Virus record (IMG/VR): IMGVR_UViG_3300033141_003435
Location: 1 to 58,261 of that record
Reading direction: 5' to 3' (one strand)
DNA: 58,261 bases
Source: a virus
Taxonomy: Duplodnaviria; Caudoviricetes
The notes under the pieces were generated by a model. That model was not told the DNA's origin, made no database searches, and saw only the letters and a program-made list of their open reading frames with translations. The translations under genes were made by a program, and so were the position numbers. Positions 1 through 9,110 of the stretch are shown here, piece by piece; the first letter of the stretch is position 1, and each line of letters starts with the position of its first letter.

Positions 1-932
1 TGCAGTTCTATCACTTGCTTCACCAACTCTCGATGAAGTTGCACATAGTTAAGTTTTACCTCTCCTGATGTAAGCTCAATCAACTGTCGAAACCGATTTA
101 TCTCGTCGTATAAACCCTCGAAAAGTTCTGCTACAGCTCCTGTAACGGAAGTTCCGTCACTCAGTGTTACAGTTGCTGAAGGAGGGAAGCCTCCTCGCAT
201 CATTTCTGCTTCGCCTCCAACTCCACGGTGTGTCGGAATCCAAAGTCGACAACGACAGTTAGTAAGACATCGCGTATGTCCTGCTCCTGGCACTGAAGGG
301 AGTGTCTCTTTTGTGTATGGAGAGCCAGCGTATATCGCAAGACAGTCAGGACAGTGAGCATGACGAACAGTTCCCAACTTCCAATAAATGAGAGTGCTGT
401 CGGGAGTGGCGGCAACAAACCCATTCCAGAATTGTGCTCGAATTGAGTCGACGTACATACGAGTCTGAAGCTGTCGAGGCATCCGAGGAGTGTGTGTTAG
501 TGTCTTAACAGCGAACTGCTTAAAAAAGTTCATCTCCGCTTTTGCCGCCTTGTGTATGAAGCGAATGTCGGCTGCCGTGAGACCCTCCTTGACGTATGCT
601 TGATTTCCAGTAAAGTTAGCGCCCAATCTGTAAGCTTTGGCGAAAGTCTTCCTCATCAACCGTTCAGTTTCTAGTCGAAATTTGTTCCACTGAGTTCCCG
701 CTCCAGGAACTGTTGCCATTTGGTCGACAACGCGAGTCAACGCCCTTGCATACCCTGATTGGAGGCCCGCGAGTTGTTGTAAGATCGTTTCTGTCCCGAC
801 AGGAGTGAACCCTCCCAGCTCGTAAGAGATGTCTGTTTGAAAACTGCGCCATGCATCGAGCTGCTTCGGTAGAGCTTTAGCGTCAGCTCCACTCGCTTCG
901 TAAAGCGCTCTGTCTACCGCCTCAATATCCAT
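1..932 (-). CDS. MuF-like minor head/morphogenesis protein (partial, runs off left end)
   Basis: Not in the ORF track because there is no stop in the window. Hand translation from ATG 932 (MDIEAVDRALYE...) is open to base 1 and contains IYWKLG..HAHCPDC...LPSVPGAGHTRCLTNCRCRL, a MuF-type Cys/His motif; lies downstream of the portal. Confidence 0.7.
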   Translation of the reverse strand, partial: MDIEAVDRALYEASGADAKALPKQLDAWRSFQTDISYELGGFTPVGTETILQQLAGLQSGYARALTRVVDQMATVPGAGTQWNKFRLETERLMRKTFAKAYRLGANFTGNQAYVKEGLTAADIRFIHKAAKAEMNFFKQFAVKTLTHTPRMPRQLQTRMYVDSIRAQFWNGFVAATPDSTLIYWKLGTVRHAHCPDCLAIYAGSPYTKETLPSVPGAGHTRCLTNCRCRLWIPTHRGVGGEAEMMRGGFPPSATVTLSDGTSVTGAVAELFEGLYDEINRFRQLIELTSGEVKLNYVQLHRELVKQVIEL

Positions 933-1225
933 CGTCCAAACTCATCCTTCACGTACTTGTCTCGAAATCTGTCCCAAGCGTACAGATCACAGTCCGGCGC
1001 TCCGATCCTTATTCCTTCTTCATAGTAGCCCAACCACTCCTGCGCGAGTTCAATACGATAGTTGAACAGTCTTCTTTGCCAAGTAGACATGTTTTGAAGC
1101 GATTGATACGTGTGTCGTATCGCCCGATACGCTGCATATGCTCGATCAGCCGCCTTCTTCGTTTTGTAGATACACGGGCCGCTCCCGATGCGATACTTCC
1201 CGTTGGGGCATTTGTGCACAGGCAT
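914..1225 (-). CDS. hypothetical protein
   Basis: 103 aa ORF on the coding strand, tightly packed with neighbours. Confidence 0.6.
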   Translation of the reverse strand: MPVHKCPNGKYRIGSGPCIYKTKKAADRAYAAYRAIRHTYQSLQNMSTWQRRLFNYRIELAQEWLGYYEEGIRIGAPDCDLYAWDRFRDKYVKDEFGRWILRR

Positions 1226-1249
1226 CTTTGCTCACTTTAAAAACAGAAT

Positions 1250-1402
1250 TTACGCTCGCCTCCCAGTTCCAGCACCTCTGCCTCTGCCACGTCCGTACCC
1301 AGGGCCTCCTCTCGCACATCTACCCCGATTTGCGTTTCTGCGGCCTCCCCCAGGCATCCCTCTCCCTGCGCCAGCACCTCGTCTTTGTCCGTACCTAGCC
1401 AT
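1250..1402 (-). CDS. small Gly/Arg-rich basic protein (50 aa)
   Basis: Hand-translated MARYGQRRGAGAGRGMPGGGRRNANRGRCARGGPGYGRGRGRGAGTGRRA; strong RBS GAGGAGGTG 7 nt upstream. Confidence 0.75.
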   Translation of the reverse strand: MARYGQRRGAGAGRGMPGGGRRNANRGRCARGGPGYGRGRGRGAGTGRRA

Positions 1403-1428
1403 CGTCTATCACCTCCTCACTCTTGATC

Positions 1429-1836
1429 TTACAGTATCTTAAAGTTGTGGCTTTTTACCCACTTACGCACGGCAGCCCGTGTCCACTTCTTCTTGTCAAA
1501 CAAGAGAGACTGAATGTCCCACTTCCCAGTTTTCTTGTTCTTCCCGTAGACAGCACGAATCCCTTTCGATCGACTAATCCATCCTATACGAAACTTAGAG
1601 TAGTTACCTGGAGGTGCTTGTCGTACGCGATACCAGTTGGGCGTAACATCAATTCCTGGCTCAAGCAGTCGAGTCTCACGAAACTCCCTCCCAATACGAA
1701 GAGCCTTCGCTATCGCGCTTCTCTCACTCGTAACAGCTGACGAGAATTCTCTCAACTCATCGAGCACCGCCTCAATACTGTCGTACTCCCTCTCTTCAGC
1801 GACTTCGGACAATCCTTCGATTTGCTCATCTGACAT
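1429..1836 (-). CDS. hypothetical head-module protein
   Basis: 135 aa, RBS AGGAGG, immediately after the portal. Confidence 0.7.
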   Translation of the reverse strand: MSDEQIEGLSEVAEEREYDSIEAVLDELREFSSAVTSERSAIAKALRIGREFRETRLLEPGIDVTPNWYRVRQAPPGNYSKFRIGWISRSKGIRAVYGKNKKTGKWDIQSLLFDKKKWTRAAVRKWVKSHNFKIL

Positions 1837-1845
1837 ACTGCCCTC

Positions 1846-3432
1846 CTAATAGAGCTCAGGTCTTGTACGACCCGTGCGCAGAATATGACGAAGCTCATCC
1901 ACCATATCTTGTAACTTCCCGTCACCGCCAACTCGATTCACCAATGCAGCCAAATCTACGCTGTCTTCTGGGCCAGTCGGAGACGTTGTTCTGCCTCCTG
2001 AAGGAGGTCGTCCGGTAGGAACGGCAGGAGCACCAGCTCTCGCTTTCTTTTTGGGCACCATTGGCCCGTGCTTTTTCAACAGACTCAAAAGTTCATTCGC
2101 TTCCGCTTGAGAAAGCCCAAACATGAGATGTCGCACAACCCACTCGGTAGGAAGGTCAATCCCAGCTTCTACGTAGTTGCGCACAATAGTAGATTTGTAC
2201 TGCTCGATCTTCCAACGCAACTCCTCATCAGCGACCCCAAACCCAGGAAAGCGCAGTTTGAAAGAGACAGTGTTGGGATTGATTCCGTGCAAGATCATCT
2301 CCAGACGATACAACTTTCGAAGCCCTTTCGCGACAACGCTGCGCATTCTTCGCACAACTTTCGTAAATGCAAGTGACTGCTGAACAAGGGTCGCTTTTGC
2401 GTTAACATCCCGTTCGAACCCAAGATAAGCTTTCGGCACCTTTGTTCCAGAGAAAAGCTTGTTGTGAAAGTGCTCAATGTCTGCAATAGCCGCCACAGAC
2501 GTATCGGCTTGTATGACATCAATGTCTCCGACTCCTCCGCGTCGTACAGGCTGGTAGATGTCTTCTTGTGGAGCCATCGGGTTTTCTTCCATCTTAAGCT
2601 TGCCCTCAGAGTCAACATATCTTCGGCGTCTGTTCAACCTCTTCAGTCGGCGAATGTAGGCAATCGCCTCCATTACTCCCATATTTGAAACGTCAATCTT
2701 GTAGATTAGGCGTTGGTGCGCTCGTGTCAATCGATTGATGAGCATTGAGTCTTCTAACATACGCTCGACACGGTACAACCGTCGCAACTTAGCAAGCACC
2801 CCAGCGTTCACACCGTAAAGCTCTTCGCCGACCTTGAAGTGCACAATCTCCCACGGAGCAAACTTCGCTATGTTCTGCATCGCGCCCTCATACTCCTTCT
2901 GCACATACGGAAACTCAACATCTATCTTTCCGTTTTTGTCGAAGTTGTACCAAATTGTCTCGACGGGAAGTTTCTGCAGTTTAACAATGTTCTTCATGGT
3001 CGCAATGACTTCATAGAACGCATCACCAAACTTGCACACTTCACGTGCCATCCACCACACTCGAGACTTCAACTCAAGACGCTCTTCAAAGTCTTTGATC
3101 GTCGTCCTCAACGCTTCAGAAACAGAGTCACTGTCAAAGTTGTACGACTCATCACTCTCTTGTGCCCCCGATACAACAAAGTCAGCGTACAAATCGAGTG
3201 CAGAAGAAAGTTCGACAACCTCCTCGTCCATCTCCTTGTAGTCGTTATACTTTTTCGTGCGATCAGGCGAAAGCTCTATCAGTTTGGCGGTATCAGCCCA
3301 TTTGAGTGGAGTCGTATCGGGAAGACGTTCCGTCGTACTTACGTCAGATGCTGGATACAACGGTGTTACAGAGCGCCATAAGCTGGAGATATTTGCAACG
3401 AGTGCATCCCGTGCTCGTCTGATATCTGACAT
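1846..3432 (-). CDS. portal protein, T4 gp20-like
   Basis: Motifs YKEMD..ELSSALD.YAD, LEDSMLINRLTRA, IYKIDV.NM, EDIYQPVR, DIEHFHNKLF...KVPKAYL typical of T4-like portals. Confidence 0.88.
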   Translation of the reverse strand: MSDIRRARDALVANISSLWRSVTPLYPASDVSTTERLPDTTPLKWADTAKLIELSPDRTKKYNDYKEMDEEVVELSSALDLYADFVVSGAQESDESYNFDSDSVSEALRTTIKDFEERLELKSRVWWMAREVCKFGDAFYEVIATMKNIVKLQKLPVETIWYNFDKNGKIDVEFPYVQKEYEGAMQNIAKFAPWEIVHFKVGEELYGVNAGVLAKLRRLYRVERMLEDSMLINRLTRAHQRLIYKIDVSNMGVMEAIAYIRRLKRLNRRRRYVDSEGKLKMEENPMAPQEDIYQPVRRGGVGDIDVIQADTSVAAIADIEHFHNKLFSGTKVPKAYLGFERDVNAKATLVQQSLAFTKVVRRMRSVVAKGLRKLYRLEMILHGINPNTVSFKLRFPGFGVADEELRWKIEQYKSTIVRNYVEAGIDLPTEWVVRHLMFGLSQAEANELLSLLKKHGPMVPKKKARAGAPAVPTGRPPSGGRTTSPTGPEDSVDLAALVNRVGGDGKLQDMVDELRHILRTGRTRPELY

Positions 3433-3465
3433 TCTTATCTCCTATTCACACCTCTTTTCAGCGTA

Positions 3466-4107
3466 TCAGGCACCAGACTTGTTGTCAACGACCTCCTCGG
3501 CGTCTTCCGGTGTAGCACGCACGAGATCGCACTTCTCACACTTGTAGACTTCGACCTCTTCCCAGTCATGAGCACACGCATCTACCGCTGACTGAGTGCG
3601 AGGACGCCTTGCGGCTTCCCATTCGTCGGGAAAGTCTTTCCAGTCTACCTTGGCGAAGATTTCCATGTCACGTAGCTCAGCATCCGTGAACGGGTAGCGC
3701 TCCTTGACATCTTCCTCTCCGAACTCAGTCTTGAACTCATCCACGAGCTTTGACAGCTTCAACAAGTCTGCCTCTCCACGATTCTCGTTCAAAAGCAGCA
3801 TCAACTCTTCAGCCGTGCGATCGTCTACCTCTCCAAGATTCTTCACATACAGCTTCTTCATTCCGAGCTGTTTGCAGGCTTTCCAACGATGTTCTCCGTC
3901 AATGATCTCCAGCCGATTCCGCCCGATGTCTCTGACGATCACAGGATAGAGACGGTTTCCGTAACGACGAATCGACGCTACAACAGCCTTGAAAACGTGC
4001 GGCTTTTGCTCGTTGAAATTCCATCGATTCGGGAAGACTCGATTGATGTCTACGATCTCTTCCTTTACTCGCTCGATGGACTGCTTGATTCTTCTAAGAT
4101 TCCGCAT
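3466..4107 (-). CDS. ParB/Srx-domain protein with C-terminal Zn-ribbon-like motif
   Basis: PNRWNFN, PVIVR, IIDGEHRW; C-terminal CAH...CEKC. Start moved to ATG 4107 (or 4116) using the GAGGAG RBS. Confidence 0.85.
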   Translation of the reverse strand: MRNLRRIKQSIERVKEEIVDINRVFPNRWNFNEQKPHVFKAVVASIRRYGNRLYPVIVRDIGRNRLEIIDGEHRWKACKQLGMKKLYVKNLGEVDDRTAEELMLLLNENRGEADLLKLSKLVDEFKTEFGEEDVKERYPFTDAELRDMEIFAKVDWKDFPDEWEAARRPRTQSAVDACAHDWEEVEVYKCEKCDLVRATPEDAEEVVDNKSGA

Positions 4108-4691
4108 TTCTTGCATCTCCTCATTTTGACTTTCTTGAATTGATGTCTTGAGCACAAACGAGTCGACTCGGCCATCTCCTTCCACTCTTCAGGCGCTATT
4201 TCCTCGACTTCAGTTTCAGGCTCAAAGCCCTCACTCACCACGATCAACCTTTTCAACTGCTCTTCGTCATACGGAAGGACATCAAGCGGATTCTCGCCTT
4301 CCTCTTCCATTGTGTGAACAATCCTCGAAAGTGAGAGTCCCAGCTTTTCCACGTTAGCTTCACCTCGAGTTCTGTTGAGTATCATCATCAGTTCCTTCGC
4401 AAGGATGTCTGGAACCCGACCGAGATTCTTGACTGGAGTGAACTTCACCTTCAACTGAAGGAGCGCTTTCCAGCGATGCTCTCCATCAATGATCTCGTAC
4501 TTCCCAGACCCAGTTTCTCTCACAATGACTGGATAAATTTTCCCGAACTTCTTCAATGCGTTCTTCAGCGCGTTGAAAAGACGATCGCTCTGCACATTGA
4601 AGTTCCATCTGTTCGGCTTGATGTTCTTTGTCAGCACCAAAGTCTCTGGCGTTGACGCAATCCGCCTCTTCAGCTCTTCAAGCTCTTGCAT
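4065..4691 (-). CDS. ParB/Srx-domain protein (paralog of the adjacent gene)
   Basis: PNRWNFN, PVIVR, YEIIDGEHRW; C-terminal CSRH...CKKC. Confidence 0.85.
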   Translation of the reverse strand: MQELEELKRRIASTPETLVLTKNIKPNRWNFNVQSDRLFNALKNALKKFGKIYPVIVRETGSGKYEIIDGEHRWKALLQLKVKFTPVKNLGRVPDILAKELMMILNRTRGEANVEKLGLSLSRIVHTMEEEGENPLDVLPYDEEQLKRLIVVSEGFEPETEVEEIAPEEWKEMAESTRLCSRHQFKKVKMRRCKKCGILEESSSPSSE

Positions 4692-4986
4692 TCTCTCCTC
4701 CTAACAGCACATGCCAGTGCCAATGAAACTTGATCTGGCGTTGCTCCTTTCTGAATCCGACAAAAGCGTCACCGAATAAGTCGCGACAGATGTCCGTCAC
4801 TTCTTTCTCAACCATCTTCCAAAAGGTGCACGTCGGACAGGTGCACTGCAGATGAGACTTCAGCACAACCATAGGCACTTTGCATGTCAAACAGTCACAC
4901 ACGACATACTTGTCATCCTCGTAGTACCATCGTGTCTTCTTTTCAAGATTGCACAGCGGGCAGTCGCTACTTACAACTCGTTCCAT
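4678..4986 (-). CDS. HIT-like protein
   Basis: From ATG 4986: N-terminal CPLC and C-terminal HWHWH (HxHxH triad). Confidence 0.6.
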   Translation of the reverse strand: MERVVSSDCPLCNLEKKTRWYYEDDKYVVCDCLTCKVPMVVLKSHLQCTCPTCTFWKMVEKEVTDICRDLFGDAFVGFRKEQRQIKFHWHWHVLLGGENARA

Positions 4987-5002
4987 CGAAGCCTTCCGAT
5001 CT

Positions 5003-5914
5003 TCAGTCGTTGAACACCACACCTCGCCTCGCCCAGAACTTCGTAACGTAGTCTTCAAGCTCGCGATAGGCAAGCGCAGAAACAGCATCGACATAAACAG
5101 GATCGCGCGGATCAAAAGAAATCCCTTCAAGACCGATCTGCTTTGGATGTCTGTAAGCTACAACACCCTCGCTCGCATTCTCCCAGTGTATCCACTTCGT
5201 CTTTGGGTCAAAATACGTTGTTAATGCCCACCGAGTAAATGCCGACCAAGTTGTTGAATCCGCCGAGTAAAGCGGACAACCGAAAAGAAGGGAGCGCCGA
5301 AGTCCTGCGAAGAAGTGATATTTCTTCCCACGTTTCACTCCGTCCTCGACCATTTTACGCAGAAACTCAACAGTCCGTTGAGAATTGATCGACACTCCAG
5401 CAAAACCCTCTGAGAGAGCGATCCAATCGTACTCCTCGATCAGCTCCAAGTACGCTTCCTTCCCGATTGTTGGACGCCAAACAGGAATGATTCGCGCTCC
5501 GGTGTCTTCGAAACGTCTGCGATACTCCTTCACCTTCTCGTACCCGACAAAGTGATCAACATCCATCTCAACAGCGCAGTCGATGATCCCTGCCTGTGCC
5601 CCCGCTTTCAGGAGCACGCAGTACTTCGATACAAGCTCCTCTAGCTCGTGCTGATCAAAAGCATACTTCCCTCTACGACGGAGAATGTCGGTAACGAAGT
5701 AGCGATTGTTCAAAACCGCTACACCCGAATCAATCATCAACATCTCTCCGTTGCCCTTCACTCGCGTCAAGCCCTTCAGCACCTCCATCATTCCCCTCTT
5801 CGTAAAGGGAAACTCCCACAGATTGCTGAAGGCGTAGAGGCGATTCTTTGCGTGTGCGGCATCAAGAGATTTCGGCTGATCGTCCCAGTCAGCAACACAC
5901 AGAAAGATTCTCAT
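5003..5914 (-). CDS. dpdA: TGT-fold DNA transglycosylase, DpdA-like
   Basis: LMIDSG, EMD, IIPVW, YDWIAL, HFFA, YSADSTTW motifs of TGT/DpdA-like proteins; sits inside the que gene cluster. Confidence 0.72.
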   Translation of the reverse strand: MRIFLCVADWDDQPKSLDAAHAKNRLYAFSNLWEFPFTKRGMMEVLKGLTRVKGNGEMLMIDSGVAVLNNRYFVTDILRRRGKYAFDQHELEELVSKYCVLLKAGAQAGIIDCAVEMDVDHFVGYEKVKEYRRRFEDTGARIIPVWRPTIGKEAYLELIEEYDWIALSEGFAGVSINSQRTVEFLRKMVEDGVKRGKKYHFFAGLRRSLLFGCPLYSADSTTWSAFTRWALTTYFDPKTKWIHWENASEGVVAYRHPKQIGLEGISFDPRDPVYVDAVSALAYRELEDYVTKFWARRGVVFND

Positions 5915-5924
5915 CAGTCATCCT

Positions 5925-6614
5925 TTACTCGTTGATCCATTTTTTCGCTCCTTCTATGATGGCTTTTGCTCTCTCACCTGTAATCTCACCTCTCTCTACC
6001 TTGTCAACGTATCGTGCGACATGCGTTGCGTTCTGAAATTGAGGAACGCCTTGCACGCCACACCACTTCAAAGCTACCCACCAACGGAAGCACGCCGCGC
6101 ACTTCATGCAGCGCCCACTTCTTGAAGAGTAGCATGAGAGCGTTTGCAGAAGTAGTCTATCTGCCTTCTTTCCAAGCTCCCGCTTGAACCATCTTACCGC
6201 ATCGAATTTGCTCCAACCCTGCTCGGCGAAGGGGGCCGCTACTCTAACAAAACGCCCGGCATAACGGGAAATGAAAGAAGTCATATCAGCGTGAGCGACC
6301 CTCGTATTGTCGTTCACACGATCATCAGACACTCCTCCAAGATACACAATGTCAGCATAGCGGCTGGCCCCCATCGCCAACAGCACGTTCCGAAACGGAA
6401 TGTGAGCGTCTGGTAACTCCCAATCTGTAAGCGTGTAGCTAAAGTCAACCTCTGTATTTTTGATAAGCTTCGACACTACTTCCAGCTCTTTGTGCGCGTA
6501 ACGATGTCCCAAGTTAAAATAGAGGGTACGTGGCTTCTTGAGATAGAAATACAGTATGAAGCTGTCCAATCCGCCAGAAAACAACAAAATCTCCGACTTT
6601 TTGCCTCCGACCAT
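5925..6614 (-). CDS. queC: stand-alone QueC-like PP-loop ATPase
   Basis: LLFSGGLDS, IPFRN, SCY..RCMKCAAC Zn motif; start ATG 6614 with GGAGG. Confidence 0.8.
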   Translation of the reverse strand: MVGGKKSEILLFSGGLDSFILYFYLKKPRTLYFNLGHRYAHKELEVVSKLIKNTEVDFSYTLTDWELPDAHIPFRNVLLAMGASRYADIVYLGGVSDDRVNDNTRVAHADMTSFISRYAGRFVRVAAPFAEQGWSKFDAVRWFKRELGKKADRLLLQTLSCYSSRSGRCMKCAACFRWWVALKWCGVQGVPQFQNATHVARYVDKVERGEITGERAKAIIEGAKKWINE

Positions 6615-6647
6615 GTTTCCTCCAAAAATCACCTAATGTCCTCGATC

Positions 6648-6709
6648 CTCCACGAAGTTTTTTATCGCTTAAATATCTAAGTATTAACGCTACCGAAAAC
6701 TTCGTGGAG
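6648..6709. repeat. 14-bp perfect inverted repeat (hairpin) in the leader of queC-like/dpdA
   Basis: CTCCACGAAGTTTT (6648-6661) / AAAACTTCGTGGAG (6696-6709). Confidence 0.85.
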
Positions 6710-6738
6710 AACTGTTCTCACAAGTTAGCATTTTATCG

Positions 6739-6767
6739 TGTAACCTATTTATTTTCAATAGGTTACA
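6739..6767. promoter_or_regulatory. 11-bp inverted repeat overlapping an IHF-like site
   Basis: TGTAACCTATT-N7-AATAGGTTACA; contains TTTCAATAGGTTA, one mismatch to WATCAANNNNTTR. Confidence 0.5.
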
Positions 6768-6795
6768 TAGCCTCCCTCTCGCAAATCGTTTATTT

Positions 6796-8280
6796 TCAAT
6801 CATTTACAAGCCTCTTGAGAATCTCTTGCACCGAGTGTCTGGGCGGACGCATCTTAGATTTCATCCAAGGAGCCACATAGAGCTTCTTGTAGTCTGACGC
6901 GTAACGCGTCGCGTCCGTAACTCCTGCTTTTTCAAACGCCATTCGTCGAAGAGTGCAAGCTCCACAGACTCCACAAGCCTTTCCATCCTTCGGCGCGTTG
7001 TCACAAGAGTAAGTGATGTTGTACGGAACTTCAAGGTAGCTTCCGAGCTGTATGATCTCTGTTTTCATCAATCGTTCGAGGGGCATAACGAGTTTCGGTC
7101 GCATCAGCGTTCCGTAGTCAGAAAGCTCATTGAACTTTTGGAAGAACAGAATGGAGTTGTCTGGATAGCTTCCCTCCTCTTCCAACGTCCAGCCTGCCGT
7201 AATGTACTTCGCTCCCTTCGCTTCAGCGACCGCCATCAGAGAAGCTATCATCACGAGGTTGCGAGCAGGAGTCCAGCAGATCGTAGATTTCAAGTTTTGT
7301 CTCTTAGCTTTGGGCACAGGAAGACTCTTCTCAGTCAACACGCTGTGTCCGAGAGCACCGAGCCACTTCATGTCGAGAAACATGAACTCAACTCCAAGAT
7401 CAACGGCAATGCGCTTAACAGCCCGCCTCTCTCCCTCTTCACTCTTCTGCCCGTGATCAATGTGGCAAAGCACAACGTCTTTATGCCACAACTTCTTACA
7501 TACGTACGCCGCTGTCGTTGAATCTATCCCACCGCTTGAACAAACGAGCACTTTGTCTCCTTGAGCAGGAAGTTGAGAGATGAGCTTTGTCTGTAGCTCC
7601 TGAAATTTGAACTCCCTTTTGTCTACGTCGTACGTGCCACAGGTGTAGGACTCAACCTGTCTCCAGAACGGAAAGGCATGATCTCCGAAGATTGTGCGAA
7701 CAAATCTTTCTTCGCTGAGGATGAAAAACAGTTCGTCTGTTTCGCCGACAACCATAGTTTTGAAGTCTTTGATGAAGTGCAGACACCGCCTCTTAATGTC
7801 GTACAACAAGTAGGCGAAGCCCCCACTACACTCCTTAAAAGCCTTTAACAAGTCTCCAAACTTCTGATAGAGAAGAAACGGGACTTCGCTGTCTATCTCT
7901 GTTATCGGCTCAAGCTTGTGCTGTTTGATCAGCTCTTCGTCATTCGCAACTACACCGTTATGAGAAATGACGTGATAGTCACGAATAATGGGCTGCACAG
8001 ACCTCTCATCAAAGCTTCCCACTTCAGTCAGAGGTTGCGCTCGACAGTTCCAGATAAGAAAGTCTTCGGGCTCAATGCCATTGACAAACTGTCTCCACTC
8101 CGGTGAGGCGAGCACTTTACTCGCGGTTGTGGGACGCTTTAGCGTTTTGATACGACCCGACACCTTGACATCAACAATTCCGAAGGCGTCCTGTCCACGC
8201 TTTTCTGTCTCCAAAACCATGTGCTCAAGGAGACGCCCATCTACCTTTCTGTAAAAGACTGCTCCTCCGATTCCACACAT
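6796..8280 (-). CDS. gat-queC: Gat-QueC (class II glutamine amidotransferase fused to QueC)
   Basis: N-terminal MCGI, RGQDAFG, QP, HNG, DSE (Ntn GATase); C-terminal SSGGIDS, PARN, YPDN, YSC..CGVCGAC (QueC). Confidence 0.92.
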   Translation of the reverse strand: MCGIGGAVFYRKVDGRLLEHMVLETEKRGQDAFGIVDVKVSGRIKTLKRPTTASKVLASPEWRQFVNGIEPEDFLIWNCRAQPLTEVGSFDERSVQPIIRDYHVISHNGVVANDEELIKQHKLEPITEIDSEVPFLLYQKFGDLLKAFKECSGGFAYLLYDIKRRCLHFIKDFKTMVVGETDELFFILSEERFVRTIFGDHAFPFWRQVESYTCGTYDVDKREFKFQELQTKLISQLPAQGDKVLVCSSGGIDSTTAAYVCKKLWHKDVVLCHIDHGQKSEEGERRAVKRIAVDLGVEFMFLDMKWLGALGHSVLTEKSLPVPKAKRQNLKSTICWTPARNLVMIASLMAVAEAKGAKYITAGWTLEEEGSYPDNSILFFQKFNELSDYGTLMRPKLVMPLERLMKTEIIQLGSYLEVPYNITYSCDNAPKDGKACGVCGACTLRRMAFEKAGVTDATRYASDYKKLYVAPWMKSKMRPPRHSVQEILKRLVND

Positions 8281-8282
8281 TT

Positions 8283-9110
8283 CTACTCCCCCACTCGTAG
8301 GTTGACGTACAACTCTACGATCAGTTTAACGACACTGACGACCCACTCCTTTTCAAATGTCTTCTTGGGACAAGTGCTCATTGTGCAAGGGTCGTCAGTG
8401 AGTTTTACGAAAGCCGGACTGTTGGGACGCTTGAAGATTTGTATCGGACTCAGCTTACAAACAAGAGGTGCATCCAGGCACAGCTTCGGGATGTCCTTCT
8501 TTTTGAGAATCGGACATTTGTACAGCACGTCTCCGTTTTCGACTTTGAATTCGTTCTTGGTAAACTCAGGCTTCAACTGGCGGCGCTTACGATACTCAAA
8601 CTCCCCCGGATAAAGAAAGATGAACGGGCGGGAGTTGCAAACACCACATTTCTTGCATTCGCCGATATCCTCAAACTTCCCGCCCATCCAGTAGAGTTCG
8701 TCGTAAATCTTGTCAGTCAGTCTGTCTTTCTCCCTGACTCCACGAATCTTCTCTTGCACCCGCCACTCGACAATCTCTCCAAACTCTCCCAGCGCTTCGC
8801 GCAAATCTGAAGCTAGGCGCTGTACGTCAGTGTCGAATTTGCACGTGTAAACGTCGAAAGAGATGTATCCGTGCTCTGGATAAGTGTGAAAGGAGCAATG
8901 CGAATCGGCAATCAGAAAGACTCCCGAAGCTCCCTGAGGATAGTAGTCCCACTGGGTGTAGTTAAGAATCATCTGTTGGTGCTTCATCAAGAGCTTGGCG
9001 ATGATGTTCTTCAACTGCCCTGTGTTCGCGACAATGCTCGCAGCACGCATGTCCATCCAGCAGTCTACCATCAAATGCTTTGATTTTGGATCGTAAATTT
9101 CCATCGTCAC
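8283..9110 (-). CDS. speD: S-adenosylmethionine decarboxylase fused to a Cys-rich (YkgJ-like) domain
   Basis: KHLMVD, PQGASGVFLIADSHCSFHTYPEHGYISFDVYTC (pyruvoyl SpeD fold); C-terminal CKKCGVC...CP...C...PLVCKLSP. Confidence 0.82.
   Translation of the reverse strand: MTMEIYDPKSKHLMVDCWMDMRAASIVANTGQLKNIIAKLLMKHQQMILNYTQWDYYPQGASGVFLIADSHCSFHTYPEHGYISFDVYTCKFDTDVQRLASDLREALGEFGEIVEWRVQEKIRGVREKDRLTDKIYDELYWMGGKFEDIGECKKCGVCNSRPFIFLYPGEFEYRKRRQLKPEFTKNEFKVENGDVLYKCPILKKKDIPKLCLDAPLVCKLSPIQIFKRPNSPAFVKLTDDPCTMSTCPKKTFEKEWVVSVVKLIVELYVNLRVGE

Noticed and set aside
664-852. 62-aa ORF (and 200-424)
   Set aside because: Both lie inside the longer MuF-like frame 1-932 on the same strand.
1188-1442. 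Pro-rich plus-strand ORF
   Set aside because: Antisense shadow of the RG-rich gene 1250-1402.
6633-6795. preQ1 riboswitch
   Set aside because: Context is suggestive, but I could not match the class I stem-loop plus A-rich tail consensus by eye.
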